Assembly (NCBI GenBank): GCA_963718875.1
Contig: OY970378.1
Location: 4,396-68,395, forward strand
Direction of reading: 5' to 3'
Origin: Candidatus Parcubacteria bacterium
Lineage (GTDB): Bacteria; Patescibacteriota; Saccharimonadia; UBA4664; JBIOIQ01
DNA length: 64,000 bases
Positions 17,695-30,588 of the stretch are shown here, piece after piece; within the stretch, counting starts at the first letter, position 1, and each line of letters opens with the position of its first letter. The notes under the pieces were generated by a model. It did no database searches. It saw nothing but the letters and a program-made list of their open reading frames with translations, and was not told the DNA's origin. A program made the translations under genes and the position numbers.

Positions 17695-18669
17695 GTGCAG
17701 CCATCTTCTCCCAATATTCGTCCCGATCCGCAAACCCAGGATCCCAACACCCAGACGTCTGGAGTGGCACCCTTAATGCCCTTGGATGCTTCCCTCGACG
17801 GATCTGCATCAACAGCTAAACGTCGTTCGCCGTTCGACACCTTGCGCAGAGCTCGTAGGACTAGCATAATTGCTGGCCTACTGGTAGCAGGCTTAGTAGC
17901 AATTATTATTGTGCTTTATATCACAAATGGAGCCAAACGTTCTGGACAGACGTCGAGCGGGTCTTTATCGGATACTGATTTGCAAAAACTTTCGTCAAAA
18001 AATATTAGCGGCGGGGGGTCTAACCAAGACTTGACGTTCCATAGCCCTACTACATTCGACAATACGCTTAAGGTTTCTGGTGCAACAACCCTAAAAGACT
18101 TATCTATTAGCGGCATCTTCAGCCCCAGCAGTATTGACGTAGGCAAAAACTTTCAAGTTGGCGGCGTAACGCTTTTGCAAGGAGATGTCACCACCAAGGG
18201 TGCGCTTTTAGTAGGTAATAATCTGACTGTTACGGGCTTAAGTAGTTTTGGAGGTAATGCCACATTCAACAGCGGGGCTGCTTTTGCAGGGAGTTTATCG
18301 GCTGACTCTTTAACTGTAAAAACTGCCAGCATCGGCGGTTTATCCTTCGGGCACATTGTGACCACTGGCGCTAACCCATCGGGAGCCATGGCAGTTGCGG
18401 CAGGAGGTGGAAGTTTTGTTATCAGTGGAAACGATACTAGCGGAACCATTACTTTTACAGTTGGGGGCAGCCCAATTGGCGGAGAAATGGTGAAGCTAAA
18501 CTTTCGCACTCCATACACCAGCACACCTCACGTTAATTTAACACCTGTTAATACTAGTTCAGCCGGTTCTCAATATTACGTAACCCGATCAGTTACAGCT
18601 TTTACTATTAATATCATTAATCCCACTCCGGGGGCACAATATGTGTTTGATTATCTTGTTACGCAGTAA
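17695..18669 (+). CDS. membrane-anchored surface protein with Gly/Ser/Thr-rich beta-repeat ectodomain
   Basis: TM helix IIAGLLVAGLVAIIIVLYI followed by repetitive G/S/T-rich segments. Divergent from the SSR/PKD operon. Confidence 0.5.
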   Translation: MQPSSPNIRPDPQTQDPNTQTSGVAPLMPLDASLDGSASTAKRRSPFDTLRRARRTSIIAGLLVAGLVAIIIVLYITNGAKRSGQTSSGSLSDTDLQKLSSKNISGGGSNQDLTFHSPTTFDNTLKVSGATTLKDLSISGIFSPSSIDVGKNFQVGGVTLLQGDVTTKGALLVGNNLTVTGLSSFGGNATFNSGAAFAGSLSADSLTVKTASIGGLSFGHIVTTGANPSGAMAVAAGGGSFVISGNDTSGTITFTVGGSPIGGEMVKLNFRTPYTSTPHVNLTPVNTSSAGSQYYVTRSVTAFTINIINPTPGAQYVFDYLVTQ

Positions 18670-18683
18670 CTACCCTAATCGGC

Positions 18684-21122
<2,439 letters not shown>

Positions 21123-21126
<4 letters not shown>

Positions 21127-22547
21127 GCTGACGCTTGAATAGAGTTAGATTTAATTAACTGGCTTATTGCAGAATCAAAATGTTGTTCAGTTGATAACTC
21201 TAAGGCTAGTTCTTTGGTTTGGCGCTTAAGCGAGTCGACGTTAAGTTTGATTTTACCTGCCGCATTAAGTACAGCAGACAGCATGAGCTGTTGCTCAGTT
21301 AAAGTATAGCGCTCATCGGGGGTTTGCTTGAAAACTTCATAAATATTTTTTCCCAACTCTAAACTGGCTTGAGACTCTAGGGCAAGCTCTGAACCAAAGT
21401 GTGAAAACTCCGAGGCCTGGCGGTATCCAGCCAGTGTTTTAAACAGATTACTCGATAAATTTTTTCGTAATGTGTTTTGGGCTCTACCCCCAACCCGCGA
21501 AACACTCAAGCCGGCATCGACGGCAGGGCGAATGCCTTGGCGAAATTGCTCTAGCGCAAAAATGATTTGCCCATCTGTAATAGACATTATGCTAGTCGGC
21601 AAATAAGCTGTAATGTCGTCGCTTGGTGTTACTACCACCGGGATCGCAGTGAGAGTTTTGCCATTGCTGGCTAGTTTGCCAGCTCGCTCCAATAAAGACG
21701 AGTGAGCATAAAACATATCACCGGGGTAAGAATCACGACCTGGGGGCACCTGTGATAACAAAGAAATTTCGCGATAGACTTTGGCATGACTTGAAAGATC
21801 GTCATAAATGACCACCACGTCGTGGCCCTTATGCCACAAATATTCGGCAATAGTGGCAGCAGCATAAGGTATTATGTATGACTGGGCCAATGAGTCGAAA
21901 ATGCTCGCAATCATGACAATCGTGTGTTCCAATGCTCCAGTCGCGGTTAATTTGGTAATAAGATTATCAACGTCGACTTTGCGCTTGCTAATTAAGACAT
22001 AAATAACAATATGACCCGTTCCTAACTGATTAACCGTCAAGCTAGTAAGAAAAGCTGTTTTGCCAGCTCGAGTGTCACCTAGGACCGCAATACGCTGTCC
22101 TAATACTATAGGGAACAAGGTATCTACTAAAGTAGTCCCCGTTATGAGCTGTTCATTTAGTAGGCTTCGCTCCATAATACCAGGAGCTGTGGCAAAAATT
22201 GATTGAGCCTGTGCAACCGCAATCGGCCCTTTTCCATCAAGCGGGACTCCCAAAGCTGAAATTACTCTTCCTACCAGCTCTTCACCCACTGGGGTTGTCA
22301 GTGTTTCATTTTGCAAAACAACCAGTGTCTTGAGAGTTATTTTTTCGCTGTTCAAATTCAAGACAGTCACCATGTCGGCGGTTATTTCCCGGACCAACCC
22401 TTGTTCTCCATTTTCAAACATCACCAGAGCCCCTACTGCTATATGTCGCAGCCCCTTAACTTTGACGAGAAATCGGTTTACTGCTACTACCTCTCCTGTG
22501 GGATTGTCTTGGTCTATTAATGCCTGAAAAGTTTGGTTTTCAAACAT
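21123..22547 (-). CDS. atpA: F1 ATP synthase alpha subunit
   Basis: GDTRAGKTAF P-loop and alpha-type fold. Confidence 0.85.
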
Positions 22548-23043
22548 CTTTGGCTGTACCCACCGTGTATCGCTTCATAACCTTTACCATCGCTTCAGAG
22601 TCGTTTAAAAGAGCTTTGCGGAACGAAAAATCATGAAGCTTGCTGCCCGTGCGTAGTGCAAACCCTCCCGCCAAAGCCCGATTGTATTCAAACGCAAGCA
22701 ATGCAAAAGCATGTATTTCGTTACGGAACCAAACCACAATATCGTTTCTTAGTTGAGCAGTGGGCAGACCTGGTAATGTTAGGCGTATTTCCGGAGCGGA
22801 GGTTTTTAGTTGTTCGAGCCAAGATAGGGCTTTTTCTAACTCAAATAGGGCTGGGAGAGTTTGGCTTGATTTCATCGATAACACCTCCGTGAGTCCTGGC
22901 GAAACAGCAGCTGTAGTAAAAGTTTTGGTAGGAGTGAGACTATGTTCTCGCGACAAATCAACTAACTCTGAGGCCTCTAAGTACAGTAGCTCCAAATCAT
23001 CACGACCAATTGTGATGGGACTTAGCTTATAGCCCACTATCAA
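22540..23043 (-). CDS. atpH: F1 ATP synthase delta (OSCP) subunit
   Basis: 167 aa; C-terminal GGFALRTGSKLHDFSFRKAL resembles the delta signature; position. Confidence 0.6.
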   Translation of the reverse strand: MIVGYKLSPITIGRDDLELLYLEASELVDLSREHSLTPTKTFTTAAVSPGLTEVLSMKSSQTLPALFELEKALSWLEQLKTSAPEIRLTLPGLPTAQLRNDIVVWFRNEIHAFALLAFEYNRALAGGFALRTGSKLHDFSFRKALLNDSEAMVKVMKRYTVGTAKDV

Positions 23044-23650
23044 GGGCCTTTTTAATTTCGTCTTTGTGATGCTCTAGAGTGGCGAAAAGATATCCCCTTT
23101 GGGCGCCAAGATCGACATTGGTTCCCAATGTTTCTACTAAATATCCAGCTATAATGTCGCCCATATTGTGCTCAAAGGCTTCGATAATTTTTTGTTTTTC
23201 TGCTTCTACTACTACAGTCATGTCTTGGCTTTGCTTTTGGCTTTCTTCTTTAATTGTAGTCTGTATTCGACTAAGAGTTTCAATTGAAGCCTGGCGCATT
23301 TCACCAAAAGCGTCTTGGTACTTGGTAAGCTCATCAGCAATGACCTTGTCCGTTAGTTCTTCGACTTTGGTGTTAACTTTTTTCGAAGTATTAGCAAGAT
23401 CCTCTTGAAAGTGTTTAGTGACGTTAATCAAGACTTTTTGAATATCATCCTTGGCAACATTTTCTAAACGTAGTAATTCTTCGGCTACAAGAATGGTATG
23501 AGCCTGGTCATTGCTGGCCTCGACTAGATTGGGGGTTTTTAATGGAGCAAGTTTTAGCCTTTTTTGAAGCACTAAAACCCAGTACAAGCTACCAAGGTTG
23601 ATTACGCCAAGCGCAATGATGACCGCAAATACGGCATAATACTGGTTCAT
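23027..23650 (-). CDS. atpF: Fo ATP synthase b subunit
   Basis: N-terminal TM followed by a long charged helix, 207 aa; position upstream of atpH. Confidence 0.55.
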   Translation of the reverse strand: MNQYYAVFAVIIALGVINLGSLYWVLVLQKRLKLAPLKTPNLVEASNDQAHTILVAEELLRLENVAKDDIQKVLINVTKHFQEDLANTSKKVNTKVEELTDKVIADELTKYQDAFGEMRQASIETLSRIQTTIKEESQKQSQDMTVVVEAEKQKIIEAFEHNMGDIIAGYLVETLGTNVDLGAQRGYLFATLEHHKDEIKKALDSGL

Positions 23651-23696
23651 GCAGAAGCCGTGAGCCGCATACCGTTATCCGTATACCGTAGCAAAC

Positions 23697-23725
23697 GGAA
23701 GACGAAAGACGAAAGACGGAAGACT
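23697..23725. repeat. heptamer direct repeat (RAAGACG)x4 in the intergenic region upstream of atpF
   Basis: ggaagacgaaagacgaaagacggaagact. Confidence 0.7.
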
Positions 23726-23756
23726 ATAAGATCTTTAATTAAAATTATCATTCTGC

Positions 23757-24578
23757 TCACCTACTTAATATCAAGTATACCGAAATAAGCGTAACCAGTA
23801 AAATAATACCGACTAATCCCAATATTTGCAGTAAGCTTTTTCGAACGGGTAATTTCGACAAGGGGTTGCGACCGATGGATATAATGCTGCTGCCGACTGC
23901 ACTATATACAAGAGTGACCGATATAATTAAAGCAACCAATAAAAGCAGGCCACTGATTAAAATGCGGGTGGACGAAACCTGTCGGCCAGCAACTGTATTA
24001 CTAAAGTCTTGTAAGGCTTGCGGAATTATGCCCCGATTGGCGTTGGGCGGGCCACCATAATAACCAACGTTTATTTGTACCAAAACTCTTCCAACACGAG
24101 TAGATACTGTTGCGCCGTCAACGTTTTCGGCTTGAATAGTTTGAACATTGGACGAGGAACCCAGATCCGTTTTAGCCAGTCCTAGCACCCGAGACTCAGA
24201 TGTTGATTTCATTCCAACGCCGGCTATAGACGAAGCTGTTATATAATCCCCTTTTTTTACTTCGCCATTTATGTCTGAAACTAGTGCGTAGGCCAAGCCA
24301 TTAATAGCAACCTGGCGCTGGCCGCTGCCGGAATTAACTGTCAAAAGCGGTTCTTCAGATCCAACTACCACGCCAATCAAATCGCTAGAGCTTGAAATTG
24401 TAGCCGGCTTAGCAAAGCCCGCGCTAGCGTTATCACTTACTACCAATGTCCCTTCAGTAACGGCGCCGGTAATACGATGTCCGACGGACGTTGTAACTCT
24501 ACTGTCTTGTGCCGAAGCGCGGGCAGTGACAATAAGAACCAAAGCCAATAGCCCTGTAAGCCAAAAGATATGAAACAT
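23757..24578 (-). CDS. secreted/membrane protein with signal peptide and C-terminal two-helix hairpin (loop GRNPL), occupying the position where atpB/atpE normally sit
   Basis: Likely start MFHIFWLTGLLALVLIVTARASA (ATG 24578; ORF extends to 24734). C-terminus LISGLLLLVALIISVTLVYSAVGSSIISIGRNPLSKLPVRKSLLQILGLVGIILLVTLISVYLILSR. Confidence 0.4.
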   Translation of the reverse strand: MFHIFWLTGLLALVLIVTARASAQDSRVTTSVGHRITGAVTEGTLVVSDNASAGFAKPATISSSSDLIGVVVGSEEPLLTVNSGSGQRQVAINGLAYALVSDINGEVKKGDYITASSIAGVGMKSTSESRVLGLAKTDLGSSSNVQTIQAENVDGATVSTRVGRVLVQINVGYYGGPPNANRGIIPQALQDFSNTVAGRQVSSTRILISGLLLLVALIISVTLVYSAVGSSIISIGRNPLSKLPVRKSLLQILGLVGIILLVTLISVYLILSR

Positions 24579-24695
24579 TGTGAAAGACTTTAAAAGTAAG
24601 CTGTTTAACGTCGGCATTATACTTATGATTATACACCGCCCTTTACCTCTTGCGTCACCTTTATACCTGATATACAATAACGGTAACGTTAATTT

Positions 24696-25214
24696 GTGAG
24701 GCAGTTTTTTATGGATGTTCGTCAACAACAGCAATCATCACGTCCGGAACCAGCACCAGCACCGGTAGCTCGTGAGAGCTTGCGAGTAAAAAGCCAAAAT
24801 TTAAATAAAGTTTTGTATGGCTTGATTGGTGTTTTGGCTGCACTGGGAATTATCGGGCTGCTATCGAAGGGTTTTAACGCTTTTACAGCCAACCAAGCCG
24901 TGTCAAACAAAGAATACCAAGCATTGTTTCTAACAAATGGCCAAGTATACTTTGGTAAACTTTCAGGTGTGGCCAATGACTATGTTAAATTAACAGACAT
25001 TTATTATTTACAGGTTCAGCAGGCTGTGCAACCAAAAGACTCGTCGCAGCAAGCCCAGCAATCTGTTTCACTAGCCAAGCTGGGTGGTGAATTGCATGGT
25101 CCAGAAGACTCAATGTACGTATCCCGACAGCAAGTGCTATTCTGGGAAAACATGAAAGACAGCGGGAAAGTAGTTACTGCCATTAAAGAGTACCAAGCTA
25201 AGCAGAAAAAATAG
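24696..25214 (+). CDS. membrane-anchored hypothetical protein (Gln-rich)
   Basis: TM LYGLIGVLAALGIIGLL; followed by a terminator. Confidence 0.5.
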   Translation: MRQFFMDVRQQQQSSRPEPAPAPVARESLRVKSQNLNKVLYGLIGVLAALGIIGLLSKGFNAFTANQAVSNKEYQALFLTNGQVYFGKLSGVANDYVKLTDIYYLQVQQAVQPKDSSQQAQQSVSLAKLGGELHGPEDSMYVSRQQVLFWENMKDSGKVVTAIKEYQAKQKK

Positions 25215-25226
25215 CTCAAACAATTA

Positions 25227-25251
25227 AAGGCCTCGCAAGGGGCCTTTTTTT
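25227..25251 (+). terminator. rho-independent terminator (aggcctcgcaaggggcct + T7)
   Basis: Hairpin followed by a T-tract. Confidence 0.6.
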
Positions 25252-25710
25252 GTAGCAATATTTTAGGTGATGAAACCATATTTTATAACTATGCCAAGTA
25301 TATAATTATATGTATCTGATTTAACTCGCAAGGATGTCGTAACAGAGCTTGTAGCCATAATTAAGTCTTACTTGAAATTGCCGATATGACAGGTAAAAAG
25401 AAAAACTCTTTTAATGGTAAGCTGTGGGGGGTTCTCCCTCTCGTTTTCTTTCCCTCGTTGTCTTCCCCTCGTTACCCTTATCGTCTGCCCGACCCTGAAC
25501 CAAAACAGTCAAGCGTAAGGGATCCGGTACTTCATTTTTGGGTATTATTAGAATTATATAATTCGCGAAAACCTTTAAATAGACATGTGGGTTGTCTTGG
25601 TAATAGAATAGCCCTGAATTCAAAACCCTCCATACTTGTCATCCTCGGTGAGTGGATCGCGGGTCCTTTTTTGGGTTGGATTTCGGCTTTTTAAAGGTGC
25701 CTAGGGCATA

Positions 25711-25778
25711 CACATTTGCTATAGGTCTAAGTTAGACATGTTTAAAGCGCTTAAAAGCAGTCTATGTTAGACCTATAC
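25711..25778. repeat. palindromic intergenic repeat element, family A (tataggtctaa...ttagacctata); inverted copy at 39107-39176
   Basis: Reverse complement matches 39107-39176 nearly base for base. Confidence 0.8.
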
Positions 25779-25912
25779 AAGAATTGCAATGAGGGTGGTT
25801 GCTTGCAGATGTCGTTAAGAAGCGTCAAAACGCTTTTTACAAAACAAGTTGCCAGCTAGAAATAGGGTTATGCTTATATGTTGTATTACAAGACCTGAGT
25901 CTCAAAACCCCA

Positions 25913-26000
25913 TATGTCATCTCGACCGGAGCGGAGAGATCTATCCAGATAGATGTTTCGACTTCGCCTGCCTGTCGGCAGACAGGCTCAACATGACATA
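25913..26000. repeat. palindromic repeat element, family B; inverted copy of the 13651-13723 core with a ~22-bp insertion
   Basis: tatgtcatctcgacc...gagatctatccagatagatgtttcgac...gctcaacatgacata. Confidence 0.75.
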
Positions 26001-26115
26001 GGAGAAGTAGATTACAAAATTGAATCTGAGCTGCAGAATTAGAATGGGGATATGTTTATATGTAATAGTGAAGCCATAATAAGTGATTTATATAGTGAAA
26101 AGTTCTAGCGGCAAC

Positions 26116-26150
26116 TAAAAAGCCCCCGCTGTAAAGCAAGGGGCTTTTTT
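26116..26150. terminator. bidirectional rho-independent terminator (agcccc...ggggct flanked by A5/T6)
   Basis: Downstream of the minus-strand RRM gene. Confidence 0.6.
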
Positions 26151-26171
26151 AGTTATCTAGTTAGAATCTAA

Positions 26172-26435
26172 TTAGAATCGTGACTCAGTTTTTGGACGAG
26201 CCTCGTTAACGGTCAATTTGCGTCCGTCTACGTCGCTTCCGTCGAGCTGCTTGATAGCTGCATCGGCTTCGGCGTCGTTTGAAAATTCTACAAAGCCGAA
26301 GCCTTTAGAACGTCCACTGTCGCGGTCGGTGATAACTGTAGCGCTATCAACAGTACCAAAACTGACAAACATGTCTCTTAATTGATCACTTGTTACTGAA
26401 TAGGCTAAATTGCCTACAAATAATTTTTTTGCCAC
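26172..26435 (-). CDS. RRM-type RNA-binding protein (glycine-rich RNA-binding protein-like)
   Basis: RNP-2 LFVGNL and RNP-1 KGFGFVEF motifs. Confidence 0.85.
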   Translation of the reverse strand: MAKKLFVGNLAYSVTSDQLRDMFVSFGTVDSATVITDRDSGRSKGFGFVEFSNDAEADAAIKQLDGSDVDGRKLTVNEARPKTESRF

Positions 26436-26578
26436 TGATTGGCTCCTTCTTCATCATTCTAGCCAATCAGCGATGGTCGCTTCTCTTACTAGGACGATTG
26501 GTTCTTTCTCTTAGAACCCTAATTTATCTTACGGCTGAATCTTAGCACAGTTTTTTAAATTTGTAAATGATTATTTAC

Positions 26579-26742
26579 CTGAATCAAGAAACTCCCAACC
26601 TGTCATTCCCTATCGGAAGCCAAACTCCACCCTTGCCTAGTTTGGTGCTCCGGATAGGGAATCAGATCCTCCGGTCATCCGTCGCTTGACGGACGTAGGA
26701 TGACAAGTGAGGTTAACAGATGTAGAGGTTTCTTGATTCAGG
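26579..26742. repeat. composite MITE-like element: 15-18-bp terminal inverted repeats (cctgaatcaagaaac / gtttcttgattcagg) enclosing family C and family D palindromes
   Basis: Terminal inverted repeats at 26579-26593 and 26728-26742. Family C hairpin at 26601-26665, family D at 26673-26707. Confidence 0.75.
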
Positions 26743-26752
26743 TTTATTTGGC

Positions 26753-27337
26753 TTATCGATCGGCAGTAACGGCGGCTTCGCTTAAGATCCACAATAGATA
26801 TATATTGATTGCCAGGCCAATAACGCTGCCTACAGCAGCAAGAGCGTTTCCAAGTGAGTAGCCTTCAATAATTAAGCGACCTGCCATATTAAACCACAAA
26901 TCAACTCCATATTGGGCGGTAACAATCAGAGCAAACACTACTACTGCAAGTAAAACGAACTGCAAGCGAATTTTTTTTATCCATTTGGAAAGGCTACCTT
27001 TGTTGGCGAACTCAGTGCTAAGCACCACCTCATTTCGGGCTTCAACAACGGCATTTACCAGACCTAGATAAATAATGTAGGCGCATAGCCCTACGATAGC
27101 CCAAAATAGGCCCTGAACCCCCAACCGAACCAAAGAAAAACTGTTGAGGTTAACGAGCTGTTGCTGCTTACCGGCTTCTAGGTACGGAGCGAAGCCATTT
27201 CCGCCCAGGAGGTGCGGTAAAACCAGACTCTGGAAGACGAGCATTAGCATTGATAATGATAGGGCCAGCGATACTAGAGCCTGGCGGGCGGTGGGCATGA
27301 GAATGTTCATTATGCGATGTGGAGTCATATTAAACAA
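26753..27337 (-). CDS. polytopic membrane protein, unknown function
   Basis: Multiple hydrophobic helices. Confidence 0.45.
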   Translation of the reverse strand: MFNMTPHRIMNILMPTARQALVSLALSLSMLMLVFQSLVLPHLLGGNGFAPYLEAGKQQQLVNLNSFSLVRLGVQGLFWAIVGLCAYIIYLGLVNAVVEARNEVVLSTEFANKGSLSKWIKKIRLQFVLLAVVVFALIVTAQYGVDLWFNMAGRLIIEGYSLGNALAAVGSVIGLAINIYLLWILSEAAVTADR

Positions 27338-27360
27338 TTATACACGAAGTGCTTATAGCT

Positions 27361-27891
27361 TTATTTATTAGTCTTTGTTTTCATAATACCCAGCCAGATC
27401 GCCAGGGCCAAGCTAATTAGCGCAATTAAGAAGCTTACGCCAGCAAGATCAGGCGCCCAAGCGGGGGCATTCAACCGATAAACGTAAGCTGAATGATCTG
27501 GTAATACTGGGGGTTTTGGTTGGGTACCAGGGGTAGAGTTAGATTGAACATATGCCTCCATGCAACGAGCCGTTTTGACTGCGTCGCTAACCTGGCAGGC
27601 TTTTTGGGCGGCGGCATAGACAGCAGGGTTAGCCGTCGGAATTGAAGCTTGCTCGGCGGCTAGGATGGCGCGCTTATAACTACCTTCTAGGCTAAACGTA
27701 ACACTTGCACGGCTGTGACTGTGAACATAGTTGCTCAATTTGTTGAGATCGGCAGTTATGTCGTCGCCGGCTTGGTCTTTAGCAATAATACTGCGCGCGG
27801 ATGATATTACGTTTTGATGGTTAAGCCCCAGCCCAATAAGGCCAGTGATGAGGGCCAGTACCGCAATAATAATGAGGTAACGTTTTTTCAT
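27361..27891 (-). CDS. membrane protein with N- and C-terminal TM segments, unknown function
   Basis: ORF; TMs LIIIAVLALITGLIGLGL and FLIALISLALAIWLGIM. Confidence 0.45.
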   Translation of the reverse strand: MKKRYLIIIAVLALITGLIGLGLNHQNVISSARSIIAKDQAGDDITADLNKLSNYVHSHSRASVTFSLEGSYKRAILAAEQASIPTANPAVYAAAQKACQVSDAVKTARCMEAYVQSNSTPGTQPKPPVLPDHSAYVYRLNAPAWAPDLAGVSFLIALISLALAIWLGIMKTKTNK

Positions 27892-28065
27892 AACGATTAT
27901 TAAGGTTACAGGCTTGGTGGGTGTAAGTAAACCCCAGAGCGAATATCGAAAGTAAAGGCTGGGATTAGTTTATAAAGAGTGTTGCCGGGGGCGAGCCTGA
28001 TCCGAAGATCTAACCGCCTTTTGTTGGAAAAGGCTTGTCCTTTTGCGCTCGGAGCAGACACCCAT

Positions 28066-28605
28066 CTATTTGAATATATTTCTGCTTGATATGCCCTTGA
28101 CCGACTTAGTTCGCCTACGGTAATAGATATCGATTGGTAGCAAAATGAGGCGCATAAAAAGAACTTTTGTTGCGAGCGAAAAACTATCTATCCAAATTCC
28201 CCAGCTTTGGGCCCGCGAGCTTGAGTTGAATGCAAGCGGTACCCAGAAATATAATCCGTTAAGAATAATTAAAATAAGTAAAATAACTAGCGAGGTCCAG
28301 GTATACACTTCTCCGCGACTGAGCCGGTAGTTGCGACGACTGTCAGTAAACCATAGAAAGGCCATGATTGCTAAGAATATTGTTACCACTACTTGTCCAT
28401 AAGTAATTGGCAATGCGGAAAGGTTGCTACTTGGGACAAAGCTCACAAAGAAGCCCCCAAATGGGGCCGGTTCATAACTCGGATATGGAGGGACAATGGT
28501 TAGCGTAACAAATACGCCCACTGCCAATGATGTACATACAAAAGTTTTGAAGTTCCAACTGCTATTTTTGATATCGTTTAGCAATGTCTTTATATAGCTA
28601 TGCAT
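28066..28605 (-). CDS. polytopic membrane protein (PadR-associated)
   Basis: 8-bp overlap with the upstream PadR-like gene. Confidence 0.45.
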   Translation of the reverse strand: MHSYIKTLLNDIKNSSWNFKTFVCTSLAVGVFVTLTIVPPYPSYEPAPFGGFFVSFVPSSNLSALPITYGQVVVTIFLAIMAFLWFTDSRRNYRLSRGEVYTWTSLVILLILIILNGLYFWVPLAFNSSSRAQSWGIWIDSFSLATKVLFMRLILLPIDIYYRRRTKSVKGISSRNIFK

Positions 28606-28981
28606 TGTACGGACCTTTCTTAATTAATCTCTCCATGGTGACGTTATAGAATGGCCGAATGATATTTCGTTCTAAAAAACTTTCTAAAAGCCGGCTCCCC
28701 AGTTCGGTAAGTCGGTAAACTTTTAGGTCTGGTCCACCTGGAGCTTCCTGGCTAGAAAAATCGAGCATTTCAACGTCATAATATCGTCTTAGTGCACGAT
28801 ACAGGCTTTTATCGTCAGCGGATAACGTACCACCACTATTTTTTACAATAAAAAGCTTTAGTTGTGACATATGCTTTGGTCCATCCTTAAGCGCCAGCAT
28901 TATCCATAGTGTAAGTTGACCTTTTTTGTAAACTTCTTCCCAGCCGGAAAGAAGTTGTTGCTCGTAGCTTGACTGCCACAT
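28598..28981 (-). CDS. PadR-family transcriptional regulator
   Basis: Winged-helix pattern: ...LWIMLALKDGPKHMSQL...YRALRRY...YRLTELG. Confidence 0.55.
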   Translation of the reverse strand: MWQSSYEQQLLSGWEEVYKKGQLTLWIMLALKDGPKHMSQLKLFIVKNSGGTLSADDKSLYRALRRYYDVEMLDFSSQEAPGGPDLKVYRLTELGSRLLESFLERNIIRPFYNVTMERLIKKGPYNA

Positions 28982-29104
28982 TTGAAGACCCTAATTATGT
29001 ATTATACCAAGAGTATACTACATCTTGTATACTTGTCAATATGAATTATGATGTCTTAAGAATTTTTGAGCAAACTCTTTAATTCAGACATAGACAGAGA
29101 TTAG

Positions 29105-30037
29105 TTACCCCTGCTGCCGCTTTGTTGGCGTTTCTAGCTCAACTTGGATGTGATGGACGGCGGGGACGCGCTGTTTGACGCGCTGTTTAATGTTATCTAT
29201 TAATTGCTCGATTTCGGCGGTACGCAGTTTTTGATCCAAATGGACCTCTAGGTTTACTAAGACGCGATTGGAGCCAAGGTACATGGTGCGCAGGTCCAAA
29301 AGCTGCTTTACGCCTATCACCTCGGTAACGGCAAGTCGGATTTCTTCCTCTGTTTGGGGCGCTGCGCTCTTACCTACCAATAAATCTTTAACTTCACGTA
29401 TGAGTATGACTGCAAAAATAGCCGTAAGAATACCTACTAAAACTGCGCCTATGCCATCAAAGCGCTGGTCACCGGTAATTTGATAGAAGAACAATGAGAC
29501 TATACCTAGCATGGCCGCCAGTGTCCCCATGCAATCTAATATGAGTGTGGCTTTGGCCTCAACATGGGTGGAATGCACGATATTGCTCCATAAAGATCCA
29601 AACTCAGTTGCGCCGAGGCGTCGTAAGCTGAGGCTGAGTGTGTACAAATTACTAATAAATCCAATCGTCAAAGCAATGTAAGCTAAGGGTAGATGGTTTA
29701 AAAACAGCGGATGCAAAATGCGTTGTAAGCCAAAGAATATGGAGAAGGTGGCCGTAATGGTTACCATTGACACTCCGGCCATTAAAATCCAAAAAAATAA
29801 TTCCCGGCCGTAGCCAAATCGATAATCCCGGTTTGATCGCCGGCGAGACTGGCCTACGCCAATTAAAAGTAGCCCAGAGGTTAAAAGATCTGCTCCTCCC
29901 TGCAAGGCTTCAGCCAAAATTACTATTGACCCGGTTATTGCAGCCACAACAAAATTTAATACGAGGTCGGTTACGTCTAACAAAAACGACGTCCACACAA
30001 CTCGTTTGGCTGATACTAGTTTAGAATGACGACTCAT
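29105..30037 (-). CDS. cation diffusion facilitator (CDF) family transporter
   Basis: Six-TM core plus cytoplasmic C-terminal domain typical of CzcD/FieF-like proteins. Divergent from a Fur-family gene. Confidence 0.65.
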   Translation of the reverse strand: MSRHSKLVSAKRVVWTSFLLDVTDLVLNFVVAAITGSIVILAEALQGGADLLTSGLLLIGVGQSRRRSNRDYRFGYGRELFFWILMAGVSMVTITATFSIFFGLQRILHPLFLNHLPLAYIALTIGFISNLYTLSLSLRRLGATEFGSLWSNIVHSTHVEAKATLILDCMGTLAAMLGIVSLFFYQITGDQRFDGIGAVLVGILTAIFAVILIREVKDLLVGKSAAPQTEEEIRLAVTEVIGVKQLLDLRTMYLGSNRVLVNLEVHLDQKLRTAEIEQLIDNIKQRVKQRVPAVHHIQVELETPTKRQQG

Positions 30038-30174
30038 GTCTTTCTAGTTTAGCAGGAAAAGTAGTTATGTTTACTCTAACTATTTAGATTGTTGCCGGCA
30101 TAAGTTCGTAATTTCATTGTCTATAAAAATAAGTATTATTGCAAATTTGTCGCATTTATGTTAATTTTTTGTAC

Positions 30175-30588
30175 ATGATTGCTGGATATCAAAAACTTGA
30201 GACGGCATTGCGAGACGCTGGCCAAAGCGTAACCACACCGCGTAAAGCCGTCTACTCGGCCATGGCAGGACGAGGACCGGTGAGTATTGAAGTTGTGATA
30301 TCAGCCTGCCTGTCCCAAGCCGATAGGGCTAGCATTTACCGCACGCTAGCATTGTTCCGCCAACTAGGAATTATAGATGATTTAGTGGTAGGTGGGCGCA
30401 AAGTTATAGAGTTGAGCGAAGAATTTTCGGGGCATCATCACCATTTATACTGTACCTCGTGCGGCAAGTCGATTGATATTACAGATAAGCTGATTGAACG
30501 ACGATTGGATGGGGTGGCAGATTTATATGGTTTTTTGGCAACGTCTCATCAGGTGGAAGTAAGTGGGTTGTGTGCTAACTGCCGCTAG
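30175..30588 (+). CDS. Fur-family metalloregulator (Zur/Fur-like)
   Basis: HHHHLYCTSCG...GLCANC metal-binding motifs; likely start MIAGYQK (ORF from 30139). Confidence 0.7.
   Translation: MIAGYQKLETALRDAGQSVTTPRKAVYSAMAGRGPVSIEVVISACLSQADRASIYRTLALFRQLGIIDDLVVGGRKVIELSEEFSGHHHHLYCTSCGKSIDITDKLIERRLDGVADLYGFLATSHQVEVSGLCANCR

Noticed and set aside
25386-25694. 102-aa ORF in the repeat-rich 25.3-26.1 kb intergenic region
   Set aside because: It spans pyrimidine-rich direct repeats (ccctcgtt x3) and a family E repeat. No RBS and an odd composition make it likely non-coding.
29105-30037. Possible degenerate metal-binding site in the CDF transporter (AEALQGGAD instead of the usual His/Asp quartet)
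   Set aside because: Cannot align TM2/TM5 confidently by eye. Too speculative without a proper alignment.
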